A DNA stretch of 64,000 nucleotides from Gammaproteobacteria bacterium (lineage in GTDB: Bacteria > Pseudomonadota > Gammaproteobacteria > GCA-001735895), in contig JAOTYD010000003.1 in assembly GCA_029862005.1 (NCBI GenBank), positions 70,158 through 134,157 on the forward strand, written 5' to 3'. The notes beneath the pieces were generated by a model. That model was not told the DNA's origin and ran no database searches. It saw only the letters and a program-made list of their open reading frames with translations. Position 1 is the first letter of the stretch. Every line of letters starts with the position of its first letter. This document shows, in pieces, positions 1-10,510 of this stretch. A program made the position numbers and the translations under genes.

Positions 1-1
1 T

Positions 2-712
2 GGCACTATTCAAGCTGTACTTGAATTCCTTGGCATTCCCTATACCGGTAGCGGCGTATGCTCATCGGCCTTGACGATGGACAAGGTTCTGACCAAGAAA
101 GTCATGCGTTGCAGCGGGATCCCCACGCCTGATTTTTTTGAACTGGACAGCGAAACAGATTGTGAACAGCTGCTGCGTGATTTCGGGTTGCCGGTGTTTA
201 TCAAACCGATACTGGAGGGTTCAAGTATCGGCATGACGCCAGTGCACCAGGAAAGCGAGCTATTTCCGGCGTGGAAGAACGCGCGTCGCTACGGTGATGT
301 TTTCGCCGAGCGTTTCATCGATGGTACCGAATACACGGCAGGGTTTGTCGGCGACACAATTCTGCCGTTGATTAAACTGGACACACCCCACGAATTTTAC
401 GATTACGATGCCAAGTACCTGGCCGATGACACTGTTTATACCTGCCCCTGCGATCTTGACGACGCAAGCGTCACGGCAATAAACGAAATCGTGCTCGAAA
501 CAATTCGTGTTACCGGTGTGAGGGACTGGGGCAGGGTGGACTTGATACTGGATCAACAGCAACAACCCTGGGTGATCGAGGTTAATACGGTGCCCGGGAT
601 GACGGATCATAGCCTGGTTCCAATGGCGGGCCGTGCCGCTGGACTGGAAATGCCCGACCTGGTTGTAAAAATTCTTGAAACAACACTGGCGGGAGGTAAA
701 CGCAATGGCTAA
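2..712 (+). CDS. ddl: D-alanine--D-alanine ligase (5' truncated by window edge)
   Basis: Frame is open from nt 2: GTIQAVLEFLGIPYTGSGVCSSALTMDK, then KPILEGSSIG and EVNTVPGMT motifs; directly upstream of ftsQ. Confidence 0.97.
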   Translation, partial: GTIQAVLEFLGIPYTGSGVCSSALTMDKVLTKKVMRCSGIPTPDFFELDSETDCEQLLRDFGLPVFIKPILEGSSIGMTPVHQESELFPAWKNARRYGDVFAERFIDGTEYTAGFVGDTILPLIKLDTPHEFYDYDAKYLADDTVYTCPCDLDDASVTAINEIVLETIRVTGVRDWGRVDLILDQQQQPWVIEVNTVPGMTDHSLVPMAGRAAGLEMPDLVVKILETTLAGGKRNG

Positions 713-1502
713 GTCCCGCAGGCAGATCAAGCAGGCACAACGCAACACGCCGGCATCGACGTCACCATCTTTCCAGTGGCGCAAATCTTACAACTGGATA
801 TTTCTGTTGCTGCCGTTGATGCTGGCGGTTGTCTATCTCATCCAGGTGGAAGAGCCGCTGCCGATACGCACGATTCAGCTTTCCGGGACATTTGAAAACC
901 TGGATCAGCAGGCGGTCGAGATGGCGCTGCAACCCTATCTTGGTCAGGGATTCTTTTCCCTCGACATTCACCATGTCAAGCAAACTCTGCACGACAGATC
1001 ATGGATTGAATCGGTCTCGGTACGCAGGATCTGGCCCGATAAGCTCAGGGTCAATGTCAAGGAAAAGGTACCGGTGGCACGTTGGGATGGGCAGCACCTG
1101 CTGAGTGATTCGGCCAGCGTTTATCGCGCGGATACCGCTGCGTTCAGCCATCTGCCTGTGGTGCATGCAACCAACCATCCGCCGGCCTGGGTATTGAAGC
1201 AGTTTTACCACCTGGAGGCCCGCTTCCACAGCGTAGACGAGCGACTGATCGCGTTACAGGTCGATAGCCGCGGAGCGCTCGACGTCGAATTGATCAATGG
1301 ATTGGAAATCAAGCTGGGCAGGAGAGATATCGATCACAAGATCGACCGTCTGGTAGTTATTTACCCGCAGCAGATTCTGCCCCGACGTGAGCAGATCCAG
1401 CGTCTGGATTTACGCTACAGCAATGGTTTTGCTGTGGCCTGGAAAAAAGAAGCCCTGCAGGGCAGCGACAAAGCATCAATCTGGAGTAATGGTAATGTCT
1501 AA
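705..1502 (+). CDS. ftsQ: Cell division protein FtsQ
   Basis: Basic N-tail, one TM helix, POTRA-like region, C-terminal LDLRYSNGFAVAW; between ddl and ftsA; start placed at ATG 705. Confidence 0.95.
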   Translation: MAKSRRQIKQAQRNTPASTSPSFQWRKSYNWIFLLLPLMLAVVYLIQVEEPLPIRTIQLSGTFENLDQQAVEMALQPYLGQGFFSLDIHHVKQTLHDRSWIESVSVRRIWPDKLRVNVKEKVPVARWDGQHLLSDSASVYRADTAAFSHLPVVHATNHPPAWVLKQFYHLEARFHSVDERLIALQVDSRGALDVELINGLEIKLGRRDIDHKIDRLVVIYPQQILPRREQIQRLDLRYSNGFAVAWKKEALQGSDKASIWSNGNV

Positions 1503-2730
1503 GAAGGCATCGGGAAACCTGATCGTAGGGCTTGATATCGGGACCTCTAAAGTGGTTGCGATAGTTGGCGAAGTCACGGTCGAGGGCGATATCGATATTA
1601 TCGGTATCGGCACCCAACCCTCGCGGGGTTTGAAGAAAGGTGTCGTGGTCAACATCGAATCGACCGTGCAAACCATCCAACGCGCGGTGGAAGAAGCGGA
1701 ACTGATGGCGGGTTGCCAGATTCGCTCGGTTTACGCGGGTATTGCCGGCAGCCATATTCGCAGTATCAACTCGCATGGCATCGTCGCAATCAAGGAAAAG
1801 GAAGTGACCGCGGCAGACGTGGCTCGCGTTATCGATGCCGCCAAGGCAGTTGCAATTCCGGCTGATCAGAAAATATTACATGTATTGCCCCAGGAGTTTG
1901 TCATCGATAACTCTGAAGGCATTCGTGATCCCATCAGCATGTCCGGAGTTCGGCTCGAAGCCAAGGTGCACCTGGTGACCGGTGCGGTCAGTGCCGCGCA
2001 AAATATTATCAAGTGTGTGCGTCGTTGTGGTCTCGAGGTCGATGATGTGATTCTGGAACAACTGGCTTCTGCGAGTTCGGTATTGACTGATGATGAGAAG
2101 GAACTCGGTGTCTGCCTGGTCGATATCGGTGGCGGTACGACCGACATAGCGGTGTTTTCCGATGGCGCAATTCGTCATACCGCTGTCATACCGATCGCCG
2201 GTGACCAGGTCACCAACGATATCGCGGTCGCGTTGCGCACACCCACGCAGTATGCAAACGATCTCAAGGTCAAGTATGCCTGCGCGCTGCGTCAGTTGGC
2301 ATCGGATAACGAAACCATCGAGGTTCCCAGTGTCGGCGATCGCGAACCTCGACTCCTGGCCCGGCAAACGCTGGCCGAGGTCGTGGAACCACGCTACGAG
2401 GAATTATTAAGCCTGGTGCAGGCGGAATTACGCCGTAGTGGGCTTGAGGAGATTTGTGCCGCCGGGGTCGTGTTGACCGGGGGCAGTTCGAAAATGGAAG
2501 GCGCAATTGAACTGGCGGAAGAGATTTTCCATATGCCGGTTCGGCTGGGCTATCCACAGTATGTATCGGGATTGGTCGATGTTGTGCGCAACCCGATTCA
2601 TGCTACGGGTGTTGGATTGCTGTTGTTTGGAAACAGACAGCAATCCGGCTTGTCCGGTTTCCAACTGGACGATCGTAATGAAGCCGGTGTTTTGGCGAGA
2701 ATGAAGAGCTGGTTTCAGGGTAATTTTTAA
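1495..2730 (+). CDS. ftsA: Cell division protein FtsA
   Basis: IVGLDIGTSKVVAIVG, DIGGGTTD and VVLTGGSS actin-like motifs; start at ATG 1495. Confidence 0.98.
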   Translation: MSKKASGNLIVGLDIGTSKVVAIVGEVTVEGDIDIIGIGTQPSRGLKKGVVVNIESTVQTIQRAVEEAELMAGCQIRSVYAGIAGSHIRSINSHGIVAIKEKEVTAADVARVIDAAKAVAIPADQKILHVLPQEFVIDNSEGIRDPISMSGVRLEAKVHLVTGAVSAAQNIIKCVRRCGLEVDDVILEQLASASSVLTDDEKELGVCLVDIGGGTTDIAVFSDGAIRHTAVIPIAGDQVTNDIAVALRTPTQYANDLKVKYACALRQLASDNETIEVPSVGDREPRLLARQTLAEVVEPRYEELLSLVQAELRRSGLEEICAAGVVLTGGSSKMEGAIELAEEIFHMPVRLGYPQYVSGLVDVVRNPIHATGVGLLLFGNRQQSGLSGFQLDDRNEAGVLARMKSWFQGNF

Positions 2731-2751
2731 ATAACGCAAGAGGACTAAAAA

Positions 2752-3900
2752 ATGTTTGAACTGATGGATTCACACTCCAAAGATCCGATTATCAAGGTCA
2801 TTGGTGTCGGTGGAGGTGGCGGTAACGCCGTCCAGCACATGGTTTCGTCGGGTATTGAAGGCGTCGAATACATGTGCGTCAACACCGATGTACAGGCGCT
2901 CAAAAAGATGGATGTGCGAACAACCATGCAAATTGGGTCCAGTATTACCAAGGGACTCGGCGCCGGCGCCGATCCCGGTATCGGCAGACAGGCCGCGCTC
3001 GAAGATCGTGAGCGCATCCAGGAAGTGATCGAGGGCTCCAATATGCTCTTTGTTACGGCGGGTATGGGTGGTGGCACCGGCACCGGGGCGGCGCCGGTAA
3101 TCGCGCAGATCGCCAAGGAAATGGGGATTCTGACGGTTGCCGTGGTCACCAAACCGTTCGGCTTTGAGCGTACCAAGCGGATGTCGCAGGCTGAGGTCGG
3201 TATCAAGGAACTTTCCAATGTGGTTGATTCGTTGATTACCATCCCGAACGACAAGCTCATGCCCGTACTGGGTAAACAAACATCGTTGCTGGAAGTATTT
3301 GAAAAGGCAAACGATGTATTGCGCGGCGCGGTGCAGGGCATTGCCGAGTTGATCACCTGTCCGGGTTTGATCAACGTCGATTTTGCCGACGTGCGCACGG
3401 TCATGTCGGAAATGGGAATGGCGATGATGGGTACCGGATCGGCCACGGGTGATAATCGCGCCAAGGAGGCGGCGATGGCAGCCATCTCGTCTCCGTTGCT
3501 CGAGGATATCAATATCTCGGGTGCCCAGGGCATTCTCGTTAATGTCACTGCCGGCCTGGACATGGCCATAGGAGAACTCGATGATGTTGGTACGGCCATA
3601 ACCGAACTGGCATCGATTGATGCCAACGTCGTGGTTGGAACCGTTATCGATTCGAACATGAAGGATGGCGAGTTGCGAGTCACCATGGTCGCTACCGGTT
3701 TGGGTGCCGACAAGATTCTTGCTGATGTACCGGTCGCCGCGGTCCAGCCCGAGCGTAATGGCGAGGTCGATTACAAGAAGCTCGAACGACCTACTGCTAT
3801 TCGCAAGAAAATTGTTGGTGATAGTGTTGAACTGCCCGAGGACAAAGAGAGCATGGACTACCTCGATATTCCTGCATTTCTGCGTCGCCAGGCGGATTGA
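2752..3900 (+). CDS. ftsZ: Cell division protein FtsZ
   Basis: GVGGGGGNAV, tubulin signature AGMGGGTGTGAAP, C-terminal DIPAFLRRQAD. Confidence 0.99.
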   Translation: MFELMDSHSKDPIIKVIGVGGGGGNAVQHMVSSGIEGVEYMCVNTDVQALKKMDVRTTMQIGSSITKGLGAGADPGIGRQAALEDRERIQEVIEGSNMLFVTAGMGGGTGTGAAPVIAQIAKEMGILTVAVVTKPFGFERTKRMSQAEVGIKELSNVVDSLITIPNDKLMPVLGKQTSLLEVFEKANDVLRGAVQGIAELITCPGLINVDFADVRTVMSEMGMAMMGTGSATGDNRAKEAAMAAISSPLLEDINISGAQGILVNVTAGLDMAIGELDDVGTAITELASIDANVVVGTVIDSNMKDGELRVTMVATGLGADKILADVPVAAVQPERNGEVDYKKLERPTAIRKKIVGDSVELPEDKESMDYLDIPAFLRRQAD

Positions 3901-4583
3901 ACGGCAATTCCTCTTGCCAGGAGATCGGTTCAGGGACGAACCGCTCCATGCTCCTTTCCAGGCGCGCTCGCGGGACGGACGATACGATTTCCTTGCCTGC
4001 GTCGTTGCTCGTGGCCGATGGCTTTTATTTCAAGTGTTTTCAGCATCCGACTGCAGCGCACTACTGCATCAAGGTTATGCTTCCGCAACATCACCCGGCT
4101 CGTTTCCGGCGCTGCGTAAGGTACTTTAAAGCCCTGCATCGACGTGGTATTTACCTTGATCATATCGCCGCATTTCATGGTCTGATTAATACCAGCCTGG
4201 GCAAGGGTGCAATCTTTGAAATGGTGCTCGATGATGACGGGCGGGTGTCTAAATCGCTCGACCATTATCTTGCGCTCAATGACAAACGATTTAACGCCTG
4301 GGTAATCCGGGAGATAGAATCGTTGAAACAGTCTCTCCATAACTACTGGATTGCAAGCTACGATTTAAACCCGACTAATGTTCTGGTCAAGCGCCTCGGT
4401 TTTGACGAATTTCGCCTGGTCGTAGTGGGTGGTATCGGCGATAACCAGCTATTTCCGCTGGCCAGCTATAGCCGTATATACGCGCGTAAAAAACTGGCCA
4501 GCGCCTGGAACCCCGGCTATCAGCAATGGTATGCCGAATATCCGTCGGTGCTAAGAAGGCTAAAACCCTATCTGGTTGTATAA
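3897..4583 (+). CDS. YrbL-family kinase-like protein, possibly degenerate; start uncertain (TTG 3897 or ATG 3948)
   Basis: KCFQHP..CIKV, GLINTSLGKGAIFEMVLDDDG, DLNPTNVLV and RLVVVGGIG resemble YrbL-family motifs. Confidence 0.7.
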   Translation: MNGNSSCQEIGSGTNRSMLLSRRARGTDDTISLPASLLVADGFYFKCFQHPTAAHYCIKVMLPQHHPARFRRCVRYFKALHRRGIYLDHIAAFHGLINTSLGKGAIFEMVLDDDGRVSKSLDHYLALNDKRFNAWVIREIESLKQSLHNYWIASYDLNPTNVLVKRLGFDEFRLVVVGGIGDNQLFPLASYSRIYARKKLASAWNPGYQQWYAEYPSVLRRLKPYLVV

Positions 4584-4647
4584 ATCCGGTTAGCGCAGGC
4601 CGGGAGCGTGCCACAGCGTTTTGGCAACGTCCGTAACCCGTTAACAA

Positions 4648-5106
4648 CTATTCCTCGCCAAGCCGTGATTTGAGCCAATGGTCGATCGAGAAAAATCCAC
4701 CACCGTAGAGAACACTGGTCAGCAGCATTGAGCCCCAGAGGTAATGCCACACGAGGCCGGCCCCCTTGGCCAGGGTTGCATAGTAAGAAACCACCGCGAT
4801 GATATTAATGAACGAGACAGCAATCGCGGTAAAGCGAGTGCCCAATCCTATGATTAAAAATACCGGGAACACGAGTTCACCGATGGTCGCGAGGTAAGCT
4901 GCTAGTTCAAAGTTTAGCAGTGGTACCTGGTATTCGTACTCGAACAGTACCAGTGTGGTTTCCCAGTCTCCAATCTTGTGCATGCCGGACTTCAGGAATA
5001 CCCAGGCGACGTAAAGCCTGATAAATAACAGGAATGGCGACTGCAGCTTCGACAGTAAATCGTGAATCGACAAAATCGGCGCACTTAACTTTTCAATGAA
5101 CCCCAT
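4648..5106 (-). CDS. DoxX family membrane protein (BufD-like)
   Basis: LFIRLYVAWVFLKSGMHK...ELVFPVFLIIGLGTRFTA...YGGGFFSIDHWL, four TM helices. Confidence 0.9.
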   Translation of the reverse strand: MGFIEKLSAPILSIHDLLSKLQSPFLLFIRLYVAWVFLKSGMHKIGDWETTLVLFEYEYQVPLLNFELAAYLATIGELVFPVFLIIGLGTRFTAIAVSFINIIAVVSYYATLAKGAGLVWHYLWGSMLLTSVLYGGGFFSIDHWLKSRLGEE

Positions 5107-5148
5107 CTTTTTTCTCCCCTGTATTTTTTTGTATAGATTAGTATTTGA

Positions 5149-5175
5149 TTTGAACCCGGGCCTATTGAAAAGTTC
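5149..5175 (-). promoter_or_regulatory. Putative sigmaE/AlgU-type ECF promoter of the DoxX gene
   Basis: Minus strand reads GAACTT-N16-TCAAA about 43 nt upstream of the ATG, matching the RpoE consensus. Confidence 0.6.
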
Positions 5176-5192
5176 ACAACCTCCGGGAAGAA

Positions 5193-7961
5193 TTAGATTG
5201 CCGAAATTTTTTCTGCCTGCGTGCGCAGGCTGCTGAGCGCCGACTCTGCGTCGGCGAGCTTGCGCTTTTCCTTGTCGACGACGTCTTTCGGTGCGCGCGA
5301 GAGAAAGTTCTCGTTCGAGAGCTTCGCGTTGATGCGTTGCGCATCCTGCTCCAGTTTTTCGATATTTCTCTGTAACCGCTGAAGTTCGGAATCTTTGTCT
5401 ATGAGTCCAGCGAGGGGAATCAACAACTGCATTTCACCCACCAGCGAAGTCGCGGATTCCGGAGCCGGAGCATTCTGTTCCAGCCAGGCTATTGATTCCA
5501 GCTTTGCCAGAGACAGCAGAAGTGATCGGTTGTTTTCGATGCATTCACGATCCCGTTCATCACCGTTCCGGCAAATGACTGGCAGTAGCTTGCCCGGTTT
5601 AATGTCCATCTCGGAGCGAATCTGCCTGACACCCATGACAAAGGTCTTCACCCACTCCAGTTCCGCCAGCGCTGCCATATCGATGAGTGCAGAATCAGTC
5701 TCGGGATAGCGGCGGCGCATGATTGTATCACCCTCGATCCACGCCAGCGGTGCGACGCGTTGCCAGAGCTCTTCGGTGATGTAGGGCATGACCGGGTGTA
5801 ATAGTCGCAGTATTGCTTCGAGCACCGTTACCAGTGTATGCCGGGCCGCTTTTTTGGCTACTACGGGGTAATCATCACCATACAATACCGGCTTGGATAA
5901 TTCGATGTACCAGTCGCAATAGTCGTTCCAGACAAATTCATACAGATCGCGCGCAACAAGGTCGAAGCGATAACCGTCGATACGCGTGGCCACGTCCGCG
6001 CTCACCTGCTGCAGGCGCGCGATAATCCAGCGATCGGCCAGCGTCGGGCTACCCGCGGTACAGTCCTCGCCCTCGGTGTTTTGCAATACGTAGCGAGTTG
6101 CATTCCATAGCTTGTTGCAGAAGTTGCGGTAGCCCTCGATGCGCCCGAGGTCAAAGCGAATGTCGCGCCCGGTTGTTGCCAGTGCGGTGAAGGTAAAGCG
6201 CAACGCATCGGTGCCATAAGCCGGGATGCCTTCCGGGAAATGCCGTCGCGTCGCGGCCTCGATCTTCGGTGCCATCTCCGGCTGCATCAGGCCGGTGGTG
6301 CGCTTGGTCACCAGGTCATCGAGCGGAATACCATCGATCAGGTCCAGTGGATCGAGAACATTACCCTTGGACTTTGACATCTTGTTACCATCGGCGTCGC
6401 GCACCAATCCGTGGATATAGACCTCCCTGAAGGGCACGTCATCCATGAATTTGAGGCCGAACATAATCATGCGCGCGACCCAGAAGAATATAATATCGAA
6501 GCCAGTGACCAGCACGCTGGTCGGGTAAAAGGTTTTTAAGGCTGGATCGTTGCGTTCGGGCCAACCGAGCGTGCTGAACGGCCATAGCGCCGACGAAAAC
6601 CAGGTATCGAGCACATCTTCGTCCTGGGTGAGTTCGATATCTTCGGCAAGTCCATATTTTTTACGCACCGCGTCTATATCGGATGCGACATAAACGTTGC
6701 CGTAGTTGTCATACCATGCGGGAATGCGATGCCCCCACCAGATCTGTCGAGAAATGCACCAGTCCTGGATTTCTTCCATCCAGTTGTAATAGGTCTTGCT
6801 CCAGTTTTCAGGGATGAAGCGAATCCGGCCATCCTTCACAGCCTCGATGGAAGGTTCTGCCAGCGGTTCGGCACGAACGAACCACTGATCCGTCAGGTAA
6901 GGTTCGATGACGACACCGGAACGATCACCATAGGGGCGTTTGTAAACATGCTCTTCCGCTTTGACCAGCAATCCCTCGGCGTCGAGATCCTTGACGATTT
7001 GTTCCCTCGCCTCGAAGCGATCCATACCCTGGTATGCCGGTGGTGCGTTTTCATTCATGATCGCATCGATCGTGAACAGGTTGATAACTTCCATCTCGTG
7101 GCGCTGGCCAACTTCGTAGTCGTTAAAATCATGTGCTGGTGTGATCTTGACGCAGCCGGTGCCAAACTCCGGATCGACATAATCATCGGTAATAATCGGA
7201 ATTACGCGAGGCGTCCGGGGCACCTGCACCTGCTTGCCAATAAAATCCCGGTAGCGCTTATCCGATGGATTAACCGCCAGGGCGCCGTCGGCGAGAATCG
7301 TTTCTGGGCGCGTGGTGGCTATCTCCAGGTGCGTGATGCCGTTAACCGGCCCATCGACGAGTGGATAACGCACGTGGTAGAGAAATCCCTTTTCTTCTTC
7401 ATTGATGACTTCCAGATCAGAAATTGCAGTATGCAGGACCGGGTCCCAGTTAACGAGACGCTTGCCCCGGTAAATCAGGTCTTCCTCGTAAAGTTTGATA
7501 AAAACTTCCTGCACTGCTGCCGACAGCCCGTCATCCATGGTGAAGCGCTCGCGCGACCAGTCGGGTGATGCGCCCATGCGTCGCAATTGACGGGTAATCG
7601 TTCCCCCAGATTCCGCTTTCCATTTCCACACGCGTTCGGTGAACGCGTCACGGCCCAGGTCATGCCGGGTTTTTCCCTCGTGACCTAGCTGTCGCTCAAC
7701 GACCATTTGCGTTGCGATCCCGGCATGATCGGTGCCCGGCTGCCACAGGGTATTATCACCTTTCATACGGTGATAACGAATCAGGGTATCCATGATCGTG
7801 TCCTGAAAAGCGTGCCCCATATGCAGGCTGCCAGTAACGTTCGGTGGCGGGATCACGATGCAGTAGGGGTCGCCGTCTCCATGGGCAGCGAAGTAGCCCT
7901 GATCCTCCCAGCGCTGGTACCAGGCTTCTTCAATCGAATGGGGATCGTAAGTTTTTTCCAT
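5193..7961 (-). CDS. valS: Valine--tRNA ligase
   Basis: [14 protein letters not shown] (HIGH-like), KMSKS, C-terminal coiled coil; start MEKTYDP at 7961. Confidence 0.99.
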   Translation of the reverse strand: MEKTYDPHSIEEAWYQRWEDQGYFAAHGDGDPYCIVIPPPNVTGSLHMGHAFQDTIMDTLIRYHRMKGDNTLWQPGTDHAGIATQMVVERQLGHEGKTRHDLGRDAFTERVWKWKAESGGTITRQLRRMGASPDWSRERFTMDDGLSAAVQEVFIKLYEEDLIYRGKRLVNWDPVLHTAISDLEVINEEEKGFLYHVRYPLVDGPVNGITHLEIATTRPETILADGALAVNPSDKRYRDFIGKQVQVPRTPRVIPIITDDYVDPEFGTGCVKITPAHDFNDYEVGQRHEMEVINLFTIDAIMNENAPPAYQGMDRFEAREQIVKDLDAEGLLVKAEEHVYKRPYGDRSGVVIEPYLTDQWFVRAEPLAEPSIEAVKDGRIRFIPENWSKTYYNWMEEIQDWCISRQIWWGHRIPAWYDNYGNVYVASDIDAVRKKYGLAEDIELTQDEDVLDTWFSSALWPFSTLGWPERNDPALKTFYPTSVLVTGFDIIFFWVARMIMFGLKFMDDVPFREVYIHGLVRDADGNKMSKSKGNVLDPLDLIDGIPLDDLVTKRTTGLMQPEMAPKIEAATRRHFPEGIPAYGTDALRFTFTALATTGRDIRFDLGRIEGYRNFCNKLWNATRYVLQNTEGEDCTAGSPTLADRWIIARLQQVSADVATRIDGYRFDLVARDLYEFVWNDYCDWYIELSKPVLYGDDYPVVAKKAARHTLVTVLEAILRLLHPVMPYITEELWQRVAPLAWIEGDTIMRRRYPETDSALIDMAALAELEWVKTFVMGVRQIRSEMDIKPGKLLPVICRNGDERDRECIENNRSLLLSLAKLESIAWLEQNAPAPESATSLVGEMQLLIPLAGLIDKDSELQRLQRNIEKLEQDAQRINAKLSNENFLSRAPKDVVDKEKRKLADAESALSSLRTQAEKISAI

Positions 7962-8064
7962 CAACTCGGTGGCGCAAATCAAAGGGCGCGATTATACCGT
8001 GCCCCCCCTCAAAAATGCACTGTTTCTGTTGTCGCGCTGCTTTGGGAGGAGAGTTCGTTATAGA

Positions 8065-8163
8065 GTCATTGCCGCGACAGCGGCGGTCCGACGTATCGGT
8101 ATCTTGAGATTACGGCATTGTTGCAGGATCCCGGATATGTGCTTCGCAAATTCCGGGATGACG
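8065..8163. repeat. REP-like doublet (CGTC-tagged type) upstream of valS
   Basis: GTCATTGCCGCGACAGCGGC... at 8065 and the inverted unit GGATCCCGGA..TCCGGGATGACG at 8126-8163. Confidence 0.6.
8085..8099 (-). repeat. 15-bp mini-hairpin module CCGATACGTCGGACC, copy 1
   Basis: GGTCCGACGTATCGG is the exact reverse complement of 15316-15330. Confidence 0.75.
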
Positions 8164-8173
8164 CCTGGAGGCG

Positions 8174-8455
8174 TCAATTTTTGAGGTGTTGCTGGATGGC
8201 CAGCTTGATTTCCTGCCAGGCACGTTCCACGTGTTCGTCGAAAATGCGACGAACAATCTGCTCGAGTTCCGGGTTATCCTGAAATGGGTCAACGCTTTCG
8301 GTTTCGGGAGCCGCGAGTTCAATTTCAACGTTCTCGTTGAAGGGTGCCGCGACGCCGGTATCCAGTTCGTCATCCAGGCCCAGGTCGGACAACTTGATCT
8401 CGATGCCTTTTTCTATCAGGTCAGTCAAAATTGGAATGTCGGTCTGATCGCTCAT
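8174..8455 (-). CDS. Small acidic hypothetical protein between holC and valS
   Basis: N-terminal IPILTDLI motif, C-terminal helix, 4-nt overlap with holC stop. Confidence 0.75.
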   Translation of the reverse strand: MSDQTDIPILTDLIEKGIEIKLSDLGLDDELDTGVAAPFNENVEIELAAPETESVDPFQDNPELEQIVRRIFDEHVERAWQEIKLAIQQHLKN

Positions 8456-8865
8456 AGATTAATGTGTTTGAGCGGATAACCGCGTTCCTTATAGTAACTG
8501 TAATGTGCACGCGCCTGGGTCTTATTTTCTTCGGTGACCAGTTCGATGACGCGCTCGAATTGCGCAAAATAGGATGGAACCGATGCTGATAGATTGATTA
8601 ATAGTTGGCGCTCTCCGTCGGGGTCGGGATTATCATTGATCAGGATAGGCGTAACCAGGTCCCCGGTTTCCTCCCGGTCGTGGGGCAAGAAGCTGTCATC
8701 GGAGTAAGTCCAGAGCCTGTTATCGAGATGCTCGCTCTGTTGCTGGTTTTGTGTCAATAGCAGGGTAAGCTGTCGGTTTTCATATGCTTTCTGGCATAAC
8801 TGGCAAACCACGCGGTCATAACTGGTGCCTTCGGGATTCAGCTGGTAAAAATCGATTCGCGTCAT
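8452..8865 (-). CDS. holC: DNA polymerase III subunit chi
   Basis: MTRIDFYQL, LDNRLWTYSDDSFLPH, FERVIELV, YYKERGY; start overlaps pepA stop (TAATG). Confidence 0.96.
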   Translation of the reverse strand: MTRIDFYQLNPEGTSYDRVVCQLCQKAYENRQLTLLLTQNQQQSEHLDNRLWTYSDDSFLPHDREETGDLVTPILINDNPDPDGERQLLINLSASVPSYFAQFERVIELVTEENKTQARAHYSYYKERGYPLKHINL

Positions 8866-10352
8866 TACTTGATCTGGTTGAGTATGTACTGTGTGAGCAA
8901 CGGAACCGGACGACCGGTAGCGCCTTTCTCTTCGCCTGATTTCCATGCAGTACCTGCAATGTCCAGGTGCGCCCATTTGTAATCCTTGGTAAATCTTGCC
9001 AGAAAGCAGGACGCCGTAATGGTACCAGCATCGCGGCCGCCGATATTGGCCATATCGGCAAAATTACTTTTTAACTGGTCCTGGTACTCGTCCCACAGGG
9101 GCAATTCCCAGATTTTATCGTCGATTTGTTGTCCGCTCTTTATCAGGCCGTCGATCAAGGCTCGGTTGTTACCGAGTACCGCTGAAGGAATTTTCCCGAG
9201 CGCGATAATCGCGGCACCGGTAAGGGTAGCAATATCGATAACACAGCACGGTTTGAATTTTCGGGCATAGGTCAGGGCGTCGCAAAGAATCAGGCGTCCT
9301 TCTGCATCCGTGTTAAGAATCTCGATGGTTTGTCCCGACATGCTGGTGACAATATCGCCCGGTTTTGTGGCAAGTCCGTCGGGCATGTTTTCAGTGGCTG
9401 GAATGATCCCCACCACGTTAATCGGCAATTGCAGCTGGGTAACGGCTTTCAATGTACCGACTACAGCAGCCGCACCGCACATATCAAATTTCATTTCATC
9501 CATCGCGGCGCCTGGCTTTAGCGATATTCCACCGGTATCGAAAGTGACACCTTTACCGACCAGTGCAATCGGTTGCTCTTTCGCCGCCGCTCCGCGGTAT
9601 TCCAGTGTAATCAGCTTTGCCGGTTGCCGACTACCGGCACTGACCGAAAGCAGAGAGCCCATTTTCAGCCGTTTCATATCTGCCTCATCGAGCACGCTAA
9701 CCCGCAGACGCTTGTCTTCCCTGGCTAACAGCCTGGCCTGCCGGGCGATGTAACTCGGGGTACAAACATTTGCCGGCAGGTTGCCAAGGTCCCTGGTGAT
9801 GCTCATCCCCGCGCTAATCGCCTGCGCTTCAGCAACGGCCTGTTTTGCCTTGCTTGAATCACTCCTTGGAATATTGAAGTTCAACTTGCGCAAGCCTTTG
9901 CGCTGCCGAGATTTATTACTTTTAAGCTGGTCGAACTGGTATTCGCTGTTACTTGCCAGCAGTGTCGCCTGTCTGATTTTCCAGGTCAGGTCACGACTCT
10001 TTAGCGCAATATCACCGGGGTAGAGTTCGGCGTCGCGGGCACCGCAAGCCGAGAGTGCATCCATAATCGAATTAATCAACCGGGCAAAGTTACGCTCGTT
10101 CATTTCGGTTTGCTTACCGCAGCCTACCAGTAAAACACGCTGCGCCGGGACGCCAGCAACATCTGCTAGCATCAGGGTTTGCCCCAGCTTTCCTTCCATG
10201 TCACCGCGCTTGATAATCGACGTCAGGAATCCCTTGCTGGCCCTGTCAACGTGCTGACCGCTGCGAGACAATTTTCGGGGCTGCGAAACGGTAATTATCT
10301 GGCAAGCGCTACGCGTATTCTCGGGGCTATTATGCTTCAGGCTGAATTCCAT
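8865..10352 (-). CDS. pepA: Leucyl aminopeptidase (M17)
   Basis: VGKGVTFDTGGISLKP, MKFDMCG, NTDAEGRL; start MEFSLK at 10352. Confidence 0.98.
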   Translation of the reverse strand: MEFSLKHNSPENTRSACQIITVSQPRKLSRSGQHVDRASKGFLTSIIKRGDMEGKLGQTLMLADVAGVPAQRVLLVGCGKQTEMNERNFARLINSIMDALSACGARDAELYPGDIALKSRDLTWKIRQATLLASNSEYQFDQLKSNKSRQRKGLRKLNFNIPRSDSSKAKQAVAEAQAISAGMSITRDLGNLPANVCTPSYIARQARLLAREDKRLRVSVLDEADMKRLKMGSLLSVSAGSRQPAKLITLEYRGAAAKEQPIALVGKGVTFDTGGISLKPGAAMDEMKFDMCGAAAVVGTLKAVTQLQLPINVVGIIPATENMPDGLATKPGDIVTSMSGQTIEILNTDAEGRLILCDALTYARKFKPCCVIDIATLTGAAIIALGKIPSAVLGNNRALIDGLIKSGQQIDDKIWELPLWDEYQDQLKSNFADMANIGGRDAGTITASCFLARFTKDYKWAHLDIAGTAWKSGEEKGATGRPVPLLTQYILNQIK

Positions 10353-10510
10353 GATATTCCTGGTGTTGGTGGCTGTGATAACGCGATAAGATACGTGAAG
10401 CGCCAAAAAAAACCAGCCGTATATGACAAAATACTGTGATTATTCAGCGTAGTTTAAGTAATCGGCAAGCAGACTGCCAGGGGCCTAAATAATCGGATGC
10501 CAATCCAGTC

